Part shown: positions 9,659 through 17,547 of the stretch, piece after piece | How positions within the stretch are numbered: position 1 is the first letter of the stretch | Layout: every line of letters begins with the position of its first letter | DNA from: Candidatus Aenigmatarchaeota archaeon | Lineage (GTDB): Archaea > Aenigmatarchaeota > Aenigmatarchaeia > CG10238-14 > SCSR01 | Direction of reading: 5' to 3' | Assembly: GCA_039000425.1 (NCBI GenBank) | Contig: JAWBPV010000002.1 | Coordinates: forward strand, 14,303 to 78,302 | DNA: 64,000 nt | The notes under the pieces: model-generated | What the model saw: the letters and a program-made list of their open reading frames with translations, nothing else | Database searches by the model: none | Told to the model about the DNA's origin: nothing | Program-made: the position numbers and the translations under genes

Positions 9659-9688
9659 ACCTCCTTTTTCTTTCCTTATAACTAAAAA
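9659..9688 (-). promoter_or_regulatory. conserved early promoter/RBS module (instance 2)
   Basis: The minus strand reads CGTTTTTAGTTATAAGGAAAGAAAAAGGAGGTG, then 6 nt, then ATG. Confidence 0.5.
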
Positions 9689-9741
9689 CGCTATGTTAAA
9701 ATTTGATGGCAAAAGCTAAAAAAAAAGAAGCTGCTCCTCCC

Positions 9742-9959
9742 TTAGAGCAGCTTCCACATTTCCCAAATGACTGGTAACCATAAAGGCACGACCAGCCACC
9801 CGGCAAGGCTTCCTCCAAACAACACCAAATCTGGCACCAATACCAGCATAGTTGCGAAGAACATCAATACGAACACTCCTACAAGTTCATTCGGCGGATT
9901 TATGAAAATAAAAACAACCAAGATAATCAATCCAATTAACAAATTGACTAAACAAGGCA
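9742..9959 (-). CDS. small membrane protein (start revised to the RBS-supported ATG)
   Basis: The track ORF starts at 10008, but the promoter/RBS module (9966-9998) lies inside that extension. ATG 9959 (MPCLVNLLIGL...) follows GGAGGTG with a 6-nt spacer. Confidence 0.5.
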
Positions 9960-9965
9960 TTTTTT

Positions 9966-9998
9966 CACCTCCTTTCTTTTTTTCCTTATAACTAAAAT
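9966..9998 (-). promoter_or_regulatory. conserved early promoter/RBS module (instance 3)
   Basis: The minus strand reads TTTAGTTATAAGGAAAAAAAGAAAGGAGGTG. Confidence 0.5.
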
Positions 9999-10010
9999 GC
10001 CCCTTCATTT

Positions 10011-10143
10011 TTAGTCTGACTTGTCAATCATTTTATTCAAAAATTTCTTGACATAATCAAATAATTCGTCCAATTTATGAACATATTTAGGATCCTTAAT
10101 GCACGCTTTTATGAAATCGTTGTCACACTCTAAAGTAAAATAT
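10011..10143 (-). pseudogene. 5'-truncated remnant of a seventh member of the 11414-14612 paralog family
   Basis: The minus-strand frame gives YFTLECDNDFIKACIKDPKYVHKLDELFDYVKKFLNKMIDKSD*. This matches the conserved ECDDEFV.KCIE..KYVHKLDELF.YVEKFL core of the family. An in-frame stop follows Y at the 10143 end of the fragment and there is no start codon. It abuts the upstream end of the tnpB element. Confidence 0.55.
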
Positions 10144-11413
10144 CAGAAACTAATCACTAAATATATAGAAATCTATTGATATTGATAGAATTTTATTGTG
10201 CAACTTTAATATGAAAAATCAGCTATGATATTTGGATTGATTTTTAATGTTTTTCATGATAAATTATGACTATGATTCGGTCAGCGAAATATACATTGAA
10301 ATTCGCTACAAATAAAAAGAAAAATTATCTTAATCAATTGTTTGACATTTATGTTAAATATCTACAAAAAACAATTGATTTAATGTGGAACAAACAGATT
10401 CCAATCAAGAAGAAGTTATCATCAAAGAAGATAACATGGATGGACGATTTAGGCGGTCAATATAAAAATTTGATATATCAACATGCGTCTCGGATTGTAA
10501 GATCGTGTCGGTTTAAAAAGGGAAAAAAACCGGTGATAAAAAATCCGACTATAACTTTTGATGCGAGAATGGTGAACATTGAAAAATCTCATAACACGTT
10601 TGATAAATGGATCAGACTGAAACTACCATTTATCAAAGATGGATATAAAAATCGTCGGATTGAAATTTTAATCCCGTTAAAGGAGCATCGGCATAGTCTA
10701 AAGTTTAAAGATTGGGAATTAGTTAAATCAGTTCGAATCAACAGGGATTTTGTCACTTTGATATTTAAAAAAGAAACTCCGAAGCCGAAGGAGAACGGCA
10801 AAATAATCGGAATTGATATTGGCTACAAATATTTGATTGCGACTTCGGAAGGCGAACTAATCGGGTCTGAGATGGAACGAATCTATGAAAAGATAGCAAG
10901 GAAAAGACAAGGTTCGAAAGCATTTAAACGAGCATTGATCGAGCGTGATAATAAGATAAATGAAATCATTAACAAAAATCTTGATTTAAGCAATGTAAAG
11001 ATTTTGAAAGTTGAGGACTTGAAAAATGTGAAAAAGAACAGTCATGGTCGGATTAGAAGAAAATTTAATAATAAACTACAAAGGTGGTCATACCCGAAAG
11101 TTATAGATAAGCTGAAACGTGCATGTGAGGAAGAAGCCGTGCAATTCCTCCGTGTGCGTCCAGCTTATAGTTCAATTACATGCCCGAGGTGTCAATTCCG
11201 ACATAAAAGTAACCGTATTGGTGAAAAATTCAAGTGTCGGAATTGTGGCTACGTTAATCATGCCGACATCGTCGGTGCGATAAATGTAGCCAATTGGGAG
11301 CCTATAGTCCCCAATGCACCAAAAACCTCAGTTCAGGAACAAATTTCTATAAACTGAGGAACTATGACCTCAATGATTCTAATGTTTCAATAGTTATTAT
11401 TCGTTCCATAGCT
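10144..11413 (+). mobile_element. IS200/IS605-family insertion (tnpB-only); ends approximate
   Basis: The only long plus-strand gene in a minus-strand block, with no tnpA. A truncated host-family gene lies on its left flank. Boundaries are inferred from the flanking CDS ends, not from identified LE/RE hairpins. Confidence 0.45.
10266..11357 (+). CDS. tnpB: TnpB / IS605 OrfB-type RuvC-like nuclease
   Basis: 363 aa. RuvC-I IGIDIGYKYL, RuvC-II KVEDLKNV, and a C-terminal Zn finger plus RuvC-III (CPRCQF...CRNCGYVNHADIVGAINVA). Confidence 0.85.
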   Translation: MTMIRSAKYTLKFATNKKKNYLNQLFDIYVKYLQKTIDLMWNKQIPIKKKLSSKKITWMDDLGGQYKNLIYQHASRIVRSCRFKKGKKPVIKNPTITFDARMVNIEKSHNTFDKWIRLKLPFIKDGYKNRRIEILIPLKEHRHSLKFKDWELVKSVRINRDFVTLIFKKETPKPKENGKIIGIDIGYKYLIATSEGELIGSEMERIYEKIARKRQGSKAFKRALIERDNKINEIINKNLDLSNVKILKVEDLKNVKKNSHGRIRRKFNNKLQRWSYPKVIDKLKRACEEEAVQFLRVRPAYSSITCPRCQFRHKSNRIGEKFKCRNCGYVNHADIVGAINVANWEPIVPNAPKTSVQEQISIN

Positions 11414-11962
11414 TCAACCAGCTTCTTTGTTTAATTTGTCAATCATTCTCTTTGATGCAACAACCTTGAATATTCTCGTATTTTTTAATTCCTGCATTAT
11501 TTCATCTTTAATTTGATTTGACCTCTTAATCATTTCACTTAGAAATTTTTCAATATACTCAAACAATTCATCTAACTTATGAACATACTTAGCATCTTCA
11601 ATACACTTCTTCACAAATTCATTATCAAAATTTAAAGGTCTAAAAGATTCACTTTCAAGACTTGATTTAGAGATTTGAATATATAATTCGCCATTTTGGA
11701 AAAAAAAGCCAAAATCAGTATATTTATTTAATATGCGATCTATTTTGTCGGCTTTACATCCCAACCTCTTCAATCCTTGCAAAAATGCAATAGCTGCTTC
11801 GTCTTCTCCAGAAATATTTCCAAACTGATTCTTCAGTATTTTAAGGCGATCCGCAATTAGCTCATTAATTTCCTCGCGTAAATCTCTTAAAGTAGAATTA
11901 TCAACAAATCTTTCCCTAAAAATTTCTTGAATTAACTTTTCGACTGAAGAACTAGACCTCAT
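11414..11962 (-). CDS. tandem paralog family P1 (unknown function)
   Basis: 182 aa. Shared blocks: FGNISG..AIAFLQGLK..., DEFVKKCIEDAKYVHKLDELFEYIEKFL, ...QIKDEIMQELKNTRIFKVVAS. Own promoter/RBS module at 11972-11993. Confidence 0.65.
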   Translation of the reverse strand: MRSSSSVEKLIQEIFRERFVDNSTLRDLREEINELIADRLKILKNQFGNISGEDEAAIAFLQGLKRLGCKADKIDRILNKYTDFGFFFQNGELYIQISKSSLESESFRPLNFDNEFVKKCIEDAKYVHKLDELFEYIEKFLSEMIKRSNQIKDEIMQELKNTRIFKVVASKRMIDKLNKEAG

Positions 11963-11971
11963 ACTGCTTAT

Positions 11972-11993
11972 CCCTCCTTTTTTATAACTAAAT
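11972..11993 (-). promoter_or_regulatory. conserved early promoter/RBS module (instance 4, short variant)
   Basis: The minus strand reads TTTAGTTATAAAAAAGGAGGG, then 9 nt, then ATG 11962. Confidence 0.45.
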
Positions 11994-12045
11994 TTACCGA
12001 TTAACTTCAGCTACATCTAAAATTTATTCTTTTGAATTAATTTTC

Positions 12046-12579
12046 TCATTCAATTTGTCCAACCATTCTTTGCAATGCAACAATTTTAAACGTCTGTGTT
12101 TTTTCCAACTCCTGCTCTATCTCATTCTTAATTTGATTTGCTCTGCTAATGAGTTTATCCAAAAATTTTTCAACATACTCGAACAATTCATCCAACTTGT
12201 GAATATATTCAATGTCTTCAATACATTTCTTTACAAATTCATCATCAAGTTCAAAAGGCTCAAAAGTCAAATACTCCTCAAACTTATTAGACCCATCAAT
12301 ATATAATATGCCATTCCCTAATGAAAATCTGAAATCAGTATATTTGTACAGCATATGATCTATTTCTTCAGTTTTATGTCCCAATGCTTTCAACCCTCGC
12401 AAAAACGCAATTGACATTTCCGTTCCTCCAGAAATATCACCAAAATGCTTATACAATGCCTCAAGCCTGTTAACAATTAATTCATTAATTTCTTTGCATA
12501 AATTTTCTAAAATAGAATTATCAATAAAATTCTCTTCACGAATTTCTGCCAACTTTTTAACCAGGTTACTAGATTCCAC
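12046..12579 (-). CDS. tandem paralog family P2 (GTG start)
   Basis: 177 aa. Carries the ...DDEFVKKCIEDIEYIHKLDELFEYVEKFL... block. Upstream is CAATAAGAGGAGGTGAGAC-GTG, a compressed variant of the module. Confidence 0.65.
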   Translation of the reverse strand: MESSNLVKKLAEIREENFIDNSILENLCKEINELIVNRLEALYKHFGDISGGTEMSIAFLRGLKALGHKTEEIDHMLYKYTDFRFSLGNGILYIDGSNKFEEYLTFEPFELDDEFVKKCIEDIEYIHKLDELFEYVEKFLDKLISRANQIKNEIEQELEKTQTFKIVALQRMVGQIE

Positions 12580-12630
12580 GTCTCACCTCCTCTTATTGAT
12601 TAATTACTCGTTTTAAACTGTTTTTCATTT

Positions 12631-13104
12631 TCAACGTCTGCGTTTTCTTTCCAGTTCTCGTCTCAACTTGTCAACCACCCCATTTAGAAATTCTTCAACG
12701 AAATCAAACACCTTATCCAATTTATGAACATACTTTGGATTCTCAACACATTTTTCCACAAATCCATTATAACAACCCAAAAGCTCGAACGCGTCCCATC
12801 TATCACTATTACTCTCATAGGTAGTTGCTCTAACAAATAATCCAAATTTACTCAAATGGAATCTGAAAATATCATACCGATTTAGTATTTCATCAATCAT
12901 TTCAATTTTATATTTTAATGCCTTTAACCCTTCCAAAAGTGAAGTAGTTGCATCTGATTTTCCAGAAATACCACCGAAACGATCATATAACATTTCAACT
13001 CTGCCCTCAATTAACTTATCAATCTCTCTGCGTAACCTTTCAAGAGTCTGATCATCAATGAATCTTTTTTCTTCTATCAACTTTTTAACTAGATCAGATT
13101 CCAT
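12631..13104 (-). CDS. tandem paralog family P3
   Basis: 157 aa. Divergent middle but retains ...KCVENPKYVHKLDKVFDFVEEFL. Upstream GTTATGAAGGGAGG resembles the module. Confidence 0.6.
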   Translation of the reverse strand: MESDLVKKLIEEKRFIDDQTLERLRREIDKLIEGRVEMLYDRFGGISGKSDATTSLLEGLKALKYKIEMIDEILNRYDIFRFHLSKFGLFVRATTYESNSDRWDAFELLGCYNGFVEKCVENPKYVHKLDKVFDFVEEFLNGVVDKLRRELERKRRR

Positions 13105-13163
13105 ATGTACCTCCCTTCATAACGTTGCTTTAGTAAAATTAAAAATAAAATCAATAGGGAACA

Positions 13164-13694
13164 TTATTTGCTTTCGTCACTTTTAGCCAATCTGTCAAGC
13201 AATTTCTTCGATGCAACAATTCTAAATGTCTGAGTCTTTTTCAGCTCATCCATTATTTCATTTCTAATTTGCTCCGATTTATTAATCGTCTCCTTCAGAA
13301 ATTTTTCAATATAATCAAACACTTCATCCAATTTGTGAACGTATTTAGGATTCTCAATACATTTTCTTACAAACTCATCATTACAACGCAAATCAAATCT
13401 AATACCAGATGTATGAGGCGTATATGAGTACCAAACATACAAATCGGCATCTGTAAAGCCAAAGCGAAAATATTTATGATTAGTCAATATATCATCTATT
13501 TCACCAACTTTATATTCTAAAGTCTTCAATCCTTGCAAAAATGCAACGGCCATACCTGCCTCTCCAGAAATATTACCAAAATGCGAATACAATACCTTAA
13601 GTCTCTCAAAAATCACACGATTAATTTCTTCCTTCAAACTTGCAAAAGTGAGATTGTCAACAAACTTTTCTTCACGCGAGGTTAACTCTCCCAT
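13164..13694 (-). CDS. tandem paralog family P4
   Basis: 176 aa. FGNISGEAGMAVAFLQGLK...CNDEFVRKCIENPKYVHKLDEVFDYIEKFL...QIRNEIMDELKKTQTFRIVAS. Confidence 0.65.
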   Translation of the reverse strand: MGELTSREEKFVDNLTFASLKEEINRVIFERLKVLYSHFGNISGEAGMAVAFLQGLKTLEYKVGEIDDILTNHKYFRFGFTDADLYVWYSYTPHTSGIRFDLRCNDEFVRKCIENPKYVHKLDEVFDYIEKFLKETINKSEQIRNEIMDELKKTQTFRIVASKKLLDRLAKSDESK

Positions 13695-14104
13695 TTGTCT
13701 CCTCCGATGAAATCTCCTTTGATTCTGCTCAGAAAATTCTCAACAAAGGCAAATATCTCATCAATTTTATACACATATTTAGGGTCCTCAATACATTTTC
13801 TTATAAATTCATCATCTGCACCAAATTCAAACGTCTTTTCTTCATCACCATAATGAAACAAAACTTGAAGTCCAAAATGGTCAAGCCAAAGTTCACAATA
13901 ATCATACTCGCTAAATAGAAGCGAATCTATTTCTTTAGTACTATAATCATAAGATTTCAATTTTTCCAAGAATTCAATTGCAATCTCCATTTCGCCAGTA
14001 ATAGTGCCAAAACGTTTATGCAACATATTAATCTTTTTCGAAATAAGATCATCAATTGTCTTTCTCAATTCTACAAGCACATTATTATCAAGGTATTTAT
14101 TCAT
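13682..14104 (-). CDS. tandem paralog family P5 (C-terminally shorter)
   Basis: 140 aa. ...ADDEFIRKCIEDPKYVYKIDEIFAFVENFL. Overlaps P4 and P6 by a few nt, so translationally coupled. Confidence 0.6.
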   Translation of the reverse strand: MNKYLDNNVLVELRKTIDDLISKKINMLHKRFGTITGEMEIAIEFLEKLKSYDYSTKEIDSLLFSEYDYCELWLDHFGLQVLFHYGDEEKTFEFGADDEFIRKCIEDPKYVYKIDEIFAFVENFLSRIKGDFIGGDKWES

Positions 14105-14612
14105 TTTCTCCCTCCGCCAATTTATCTAACAATCTCTGCGAAGCAACCTCTCTAAATACCCGCGTCTTCTTTAATTCATTCATAATCTCGTCTTTAATCC
14201 TCTTTGACGAATTCCTCACTTGAATCAAGAAATTTTCAACAAAATCAAATAGCTCATCCAATTTCCAAACATATTCTGAATTATTGATACATCTTCTTAC
14301 AAATTCATCATCACATTCCAATCGAAATTCTCGCTTGTAATCATTACCATCAATCGCTTGGACAACAAGAGCTCTATCATTCAATTTAAAATCAATCGGT
14401 CTATAGCTCAAAAATAGTTTTGCCGAATCCGTGCGAAATCCTGATAGACTCAATCCTTGCAAAAATGCAATGGCCATATCAGAATCTCCACGAATTAGAC
14501 CAAATCTTTTGTAAAGTAATTCAATCTTCTTTCTAATCAAACTATTCAATTCTTCTTTCAATTCTTCAAATGTTCTACAATCAATTAATTTTGATTTTTG
14601 TTCATTACTCAT
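14097..14612 (-). CDS. tandem paralog family P6 (start revised)
   Basis: The track ORF begins at 14699, but the promoter/RBS module (14617-14641) lies inside that extension. ATG 14612 (MSNEQKSKLIDC...) follows GGGAGC with a 6-nt spacer, giving 171 aa. ...ECDDEFVRRCINNSEYVWKLDELFDFVENFL. Confidence 0.65.
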   Translation of the reverse strand: MSNEQKSKLIDCRTFEELKEELNSLIRKKIELLYKRFGLIRGDSDMAIAFLQGLSLSGFRTDSAKLFLSYRPIDFKLNDRALVVQAIDGNDYKREFRLECDDEFVRRCINNSEYVWKLDELFDFVENFLIQVRNSSKRIKDEIMNELKKTRVFREVASQRLLDKLAEGENE

Positions 14613-14616
14613 GTTA

Positions 14617-14641
14617 GCTCCCTTTTTTTTTCTTATAACAA
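14617..14641 (-). promoter_or_regulatory. conserved early promoter/RBS module (instance 5)
   Basis: The minus strand reads TGTTATAAGAAAAAAAAAGGGAGC. Heads the P6-P5-P4 coupled unit. Confidence 0.45.
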
Positions 14642-14757
14642 GTTTTAATCCGCAAAATAAATTTAGGTAATAATTATTTAAAAACCATGAATTAATCACA
14701 AAAAAACGCTACAAAGCTAAAATAAAGGAAGAGTGAGGCCACTCTCCCTTTTTATTA

Positions 14758-16131
14758 CTAATCCAGATAGATAGTCCAACCGTAAGGCGCAGGCGTCGCC
14801 TTACGATCGGTGCAAATCCACAACACAGGAAATTTAACTTTTTCAATTGGCGGAAACTGATCAATTGCCAAATCAGTAAAGTAGATCAGTGGTCTCAATC
14901 TTGTTGAATTTATATAATCAAATACTTCATTGTAATCAGTCCCTCCTCTTCCATGAATTTTAATTTTTTCACCTTCCAATTTATCTGGGTACTCAATTTT
15001 CGTAATTTTCGCAATTTTTGCATCAGCCTCAATAAGCTCGATAGAATAATCACTAAAGTACTTCAATATGCCATTAATTTCGCTAAATACTTTAACCAAT
15101 TCATCCCGGCTCATTGAACCGGACGTATCTACCGCAATTACAATATCTAACTTTTTATTTCTCAATGTCGGAATGTAAACACCTTCCAACAGCAATTTCT
15201 TATTCGGAAATAACCAATTTATTCTACGTCTCGCAATCTTAGTCAAAAAGTCTCCTAATATTTGTCTCCAATTCAATTTTGGATGCAGAATGTTCTCAAT
15301 TATCTCAACTAATCCTGCGGGAATTTTCCCGCATAACTTCGAATAGGCGAATGCTTCAGCAATCTGCTTTTTCAATTCCTCTTCCAACTTAGCCTTCTCT
15401 CCTTCACTCAATTGCTCCGAGGAATTATGAACATCGGGGTTTTTCCCCGATAAATCGTCTTTTTCAATCTCATATCCTTCAGGAATTCCTTTAATTTTAA
15501 CTTTTCCAATTGTTCCTTCGAAATTTTCCTTTTTAATCGCACCTTCTGAATTTCCCGAAGAAGAATCTGCAGAACTATCCGAAGTTTTCTTAGAATTAGA
15601 AGAATTAGAAAACGAAATTGATTTTTCCAACAACTTATAATATTCCTCCCAGCTCAATCCTTCTGGGAAGCCAAACATAGCTGGTTCAATCCACGAAATC
15701 CCTGGAATGTCTGGAGATTTAAATCCAATACTTTTCAACAAAGAGTTTACTGCTAAATCTTGCGCGATATTCGTCAACGGTGGCTTCGAATAAGCCGCCG
15801 GAATGCGAAAATGCATCAATATCAAATGCAAAATCTCATGCATAATCACATTCATTAAATCTCTTTTGCTTCTCATCAATGAAACAAATATTGGATTTAA
15901 TCTTATAGTTAATGGTTTGAAATCAATTCTCGCTGTTGGAATATCATAATCAAATACTTGAGGAATTGACAATACAAATGACGAAAAGAACGGATAACTT
16001 AATATGATTTCAATCTTAGCCTTTTCCAATCGGTCAATAATTTCAGGCTTAATTCCTTCAATCCTTTCTTTTATTTTCTTCTCAATTTCTTTAAGATCCA
16101 CCTTCATTTTAGTCCCCCATAAATGGATCAT
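14758..16131 (-). CDS. VWA-domain protein with N-terminal HExxH metallopeptidase-like domain (MoxR partner), copy 1
   Basis: 457 aa. HEILHLILMH zinc motif in the N-terminal half. MIDAS motif DIVIAVDTSGSMS in the C-terminal half. Overlaps the start of the downstream AAA+ gene. Confidence 0.75.
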   Translation of the reverse strand: MIHLWGTKMKVDLKEIEKKIKERIEGIKPEIIDRLEKAKIEIILSYPFFSSFVLSIPQVFDYDIPTARIDFKPLTIRLNPIFVSLMRSKRDLMNVIMHEILHLILMHFRIPAAYSKPPLTNIAQDLAVNSLLKSIGFKSPDIPGISWIEPAMFGFPEGLSWEEYYKLLEKSISFSNSSNSKKTSDSSADSSSGNSEGAIKKENFEGTIGKVKIKGIPEGYEIEKDDLSGKNPDVHNSSEQLSEGEKAKLEEELKKQIAEAFAYSKLCGKIPAGLVEIIENILHPKLNWRQILGDFLTKIARRRINWLFPNKKLLLEGVYIPTLRNKKLDIVIAVDTSGSMSRDELVKVFSEINGILKYFSDYSIELIEADAKIAKITKIEYPDKLEGEKIKIHGRGGTDYNEVFDYINSTRLRPLIYFTDLAIDQFPPIEKVKFPVLWICTDRKATPAPYGWTIYLD

Positions 16132-17143
16132 AATAAACTTCTACAATTTTCTCCCAATTCGGAAGTGTTGCAATTTGTTCCTTTATTTTTGCAAAAAGCA
16201 TCCGAATCAAAAACGCGCCGAATTCCTTTTTAGATTCTTTCGCCAAAAATAGAGCATAATCCAGAATTGCCTTATAATGCGCGGGTTTCTCGGCGCGAAT
16301 TACAATAGTAGTGCAAACAGCTGACAATACATCCAATTTATCAATCTCAGGAAATTCTTTTCCATCCAAAATCTTCTCAATATTAGGCAATTCATTGTAA
16401 ACCTTCAAAAATCCTTCAAATTCTGCTGCCGTCGCCGGGCCTACAGAAATCGCCGCGGCTTCATAAGGTGCAATCCCCGCTTTCAACAATTTAGAGCAAA
16501 ATTCCCATGTTCTAGGACATGGGAAGTTAATTGTATTTCGATTTGGAATACTTGTAAATGATGGTTTAAATTTATTGAATGCAAGAATTCTTGGATCAAA
16601 CCCTTTCTCAATTGCGTATTCAACAAATTCATCAAATGAAAATTGTATCTCAAAATGGTTAAATCTGCTGATAATGGCTTCACTCAATTCGGCAACATAC
16701 GGGACATCCTCCCGCCTGTTGCCGGCGGCAAATATATACCAATTATCTCCTAATTTGTGTTCTCCAATTACTCTATCTAACACCAATTGTTGCGATGCTT
16801 TCAATACTTCCTCATTTGCTAAATTAAATTCGTCTAAGAACAAAATACCCTTTCCTGAATCAGGCAAATTGTTGGGCCGATACCATCCGGCCTTTTCTCC
16901 TTTAACGAGAAAAGGTCCTCTCAAATCAATAATGTCGCAACTCGCCAATCTCAAATCAATCCAACTAATTCCCAATTCTTCAGCCAATTGCCTTACGGCC
17001 GAGGTCTTCCCAATCCCCACTGGTCCCCAGAGAAAAATCGCATTTGCCTCTGGGGCCGAAAATGTTTTTAAATAATTCTTCGCAATACTTTTAAATTTCT
17101 TAATTGAACATCGCAATCCGTAAATCCGTTCCGTGACCTTCAC
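16109..17143 (-). CDS. MoxR-like AAA+ ATPase (AAA_5/CbbQ-NorQ type), copy 1 (GTG start)
   Basis: Walker A LWGPVGIGKTS and Walker B ILFLDEFNLANEEVL. The track start 17191 lies upstream of the promoter/RBS module (17156-17180). An in-frame GTG at 17143 follows GGAGG. Confidence 0.8.
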   Translation of the reverse strand: MKVTERIYGLRCSIKKFKSIAKNYLKTFSAPEANAIFLWGPVGIGKTSAVRQLAEELGISWIDLRLASCDIIDLRGPFLVKGEKAGWYRPNNLPDSGKGILFLDEFNLANEEVLKASQQLVLDRVIGEHKLGDNWYIFAAGNRREDVPYVAELSEAIISRFNHFEIQFSFDEFVEYAIEKGFDPRILAFNKFKPSFTSIPNRNTINFPCPRTWEFCSKLLKAGIAPYEAAAISVGPATAAEFEGFLKVYNELPNIEKILDGKEFPEIDKLDVLSAVCTTIVIRAEKPAHYKAILDYALFLAKESKKEFGAFLIRMLFAKIKEQIATLPNWEKIVEVYYDPFMGD

Positions 17144-17155
17144 TATAGTTTTAAC

Positions 17156-17180
17156 CTCCTTTTCTTTTCTTATAACTTTT
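17156..17180 (-). promoter_or_regulatory. conserved early promoter/RBS module (instance 6)
   Basis: The minus strand reads AAAAGTTATAAGAAAAGAAAAGGAGG. Confidence 0.45.
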
Positions 17181-17235
17181 CTAACGCACATTTTTTTGTC
17201 ACGGAAAAACGGCTAGCTAAAAATTAATTAATTTA

Positions 17236-17265
17236 GCCCAGGGAATTCTTTCTTTCCTTCCCTGG
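17236..17265. other. stable hairpin (9-bp stem CCCAGGGAA/TTCCCTGGG, 12-nt loop) in a 356-bp intergenic region
   Basis: Perfect inverted repeat read directly. A T-rich tract follows it on the minus strand. It lies just upstream of the MoxR-1 promoter module. Confidence 0.45.
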
Positions 17266-17435
17266 GCATGGAGGCTGAGATGAAGGGAATAGAAAAATGA
17301 AAACTGCTCAAAACTAAGTTTCCAATTATTATTCAAATTCAAACTCCTATAAATGTCAATATAATATTCCATTTAGTATTTTTGCAACTACTTTCTCATT
17401 CTTAACAGATAATTGCAATTAAGAATATTTAGAAA

Positions 17436-17454
17436 GGCAGGCTTGACGCCTGCC
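17436..17454. other. hairpin GGCAGGC-TTGAC-GCCTGCC (possible terminator of the polA unit)
   Basis: 7-bp GC-rich perfect stem, ~95 nt downstream (minus sense) of the stop of gene 17548..17859. The U-tract is weak. Confidence 0.4.
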
Positions 17455-17547
17455 CCTGTTATGAGGTAGGAAGCGGAAGAGAGAGGGATTAATTTAATTT
17501 TAACAAAAATATTCTAAAAAAGCCAGCAAAATGTGCACTTTTCATTT

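Noticed and set aside
12055-12306. Various 60-170-aa ORFs antisense to long genes (12055..12306, 16575..17075, 17923..18276, 42494..42982, 50485..50814, 62269..63641 group)
   Set aside because: They lie wholly inside long ORFs that have strong motif support. They have no RBS, and their composition mirrors the sense gene.
14613-14699. N-terminal extensions of track ORFs 14097..14699, 16109..17191, 9742..10008, 37554.., 52436.., 60162..
   Set aside because: The extensions lie upstream of, or include, the conserved promoter/RBS module or the GGAGG RBS. Downstream in-frame ATG/GTG codons at canonical spacing are preferred.
11414-14700. Possible CRISPR-like array suggested by ~550-bp periodic similarity
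   Set aside because: The periodicity comes from protein-coding paralogs with conserved codon-level blocks. There are no short exact direct repeats separated by unique spacers.
17192-17547. tRNA or tmRNA in the long intergenic gaps (also 19794-20387, 23679-23850)
   Set aside because: There is no GTTCRANYC T-loop-like motif or cloverleaf-compatible arm set by eye. A tRNAscan/Infernal run would be decisive.
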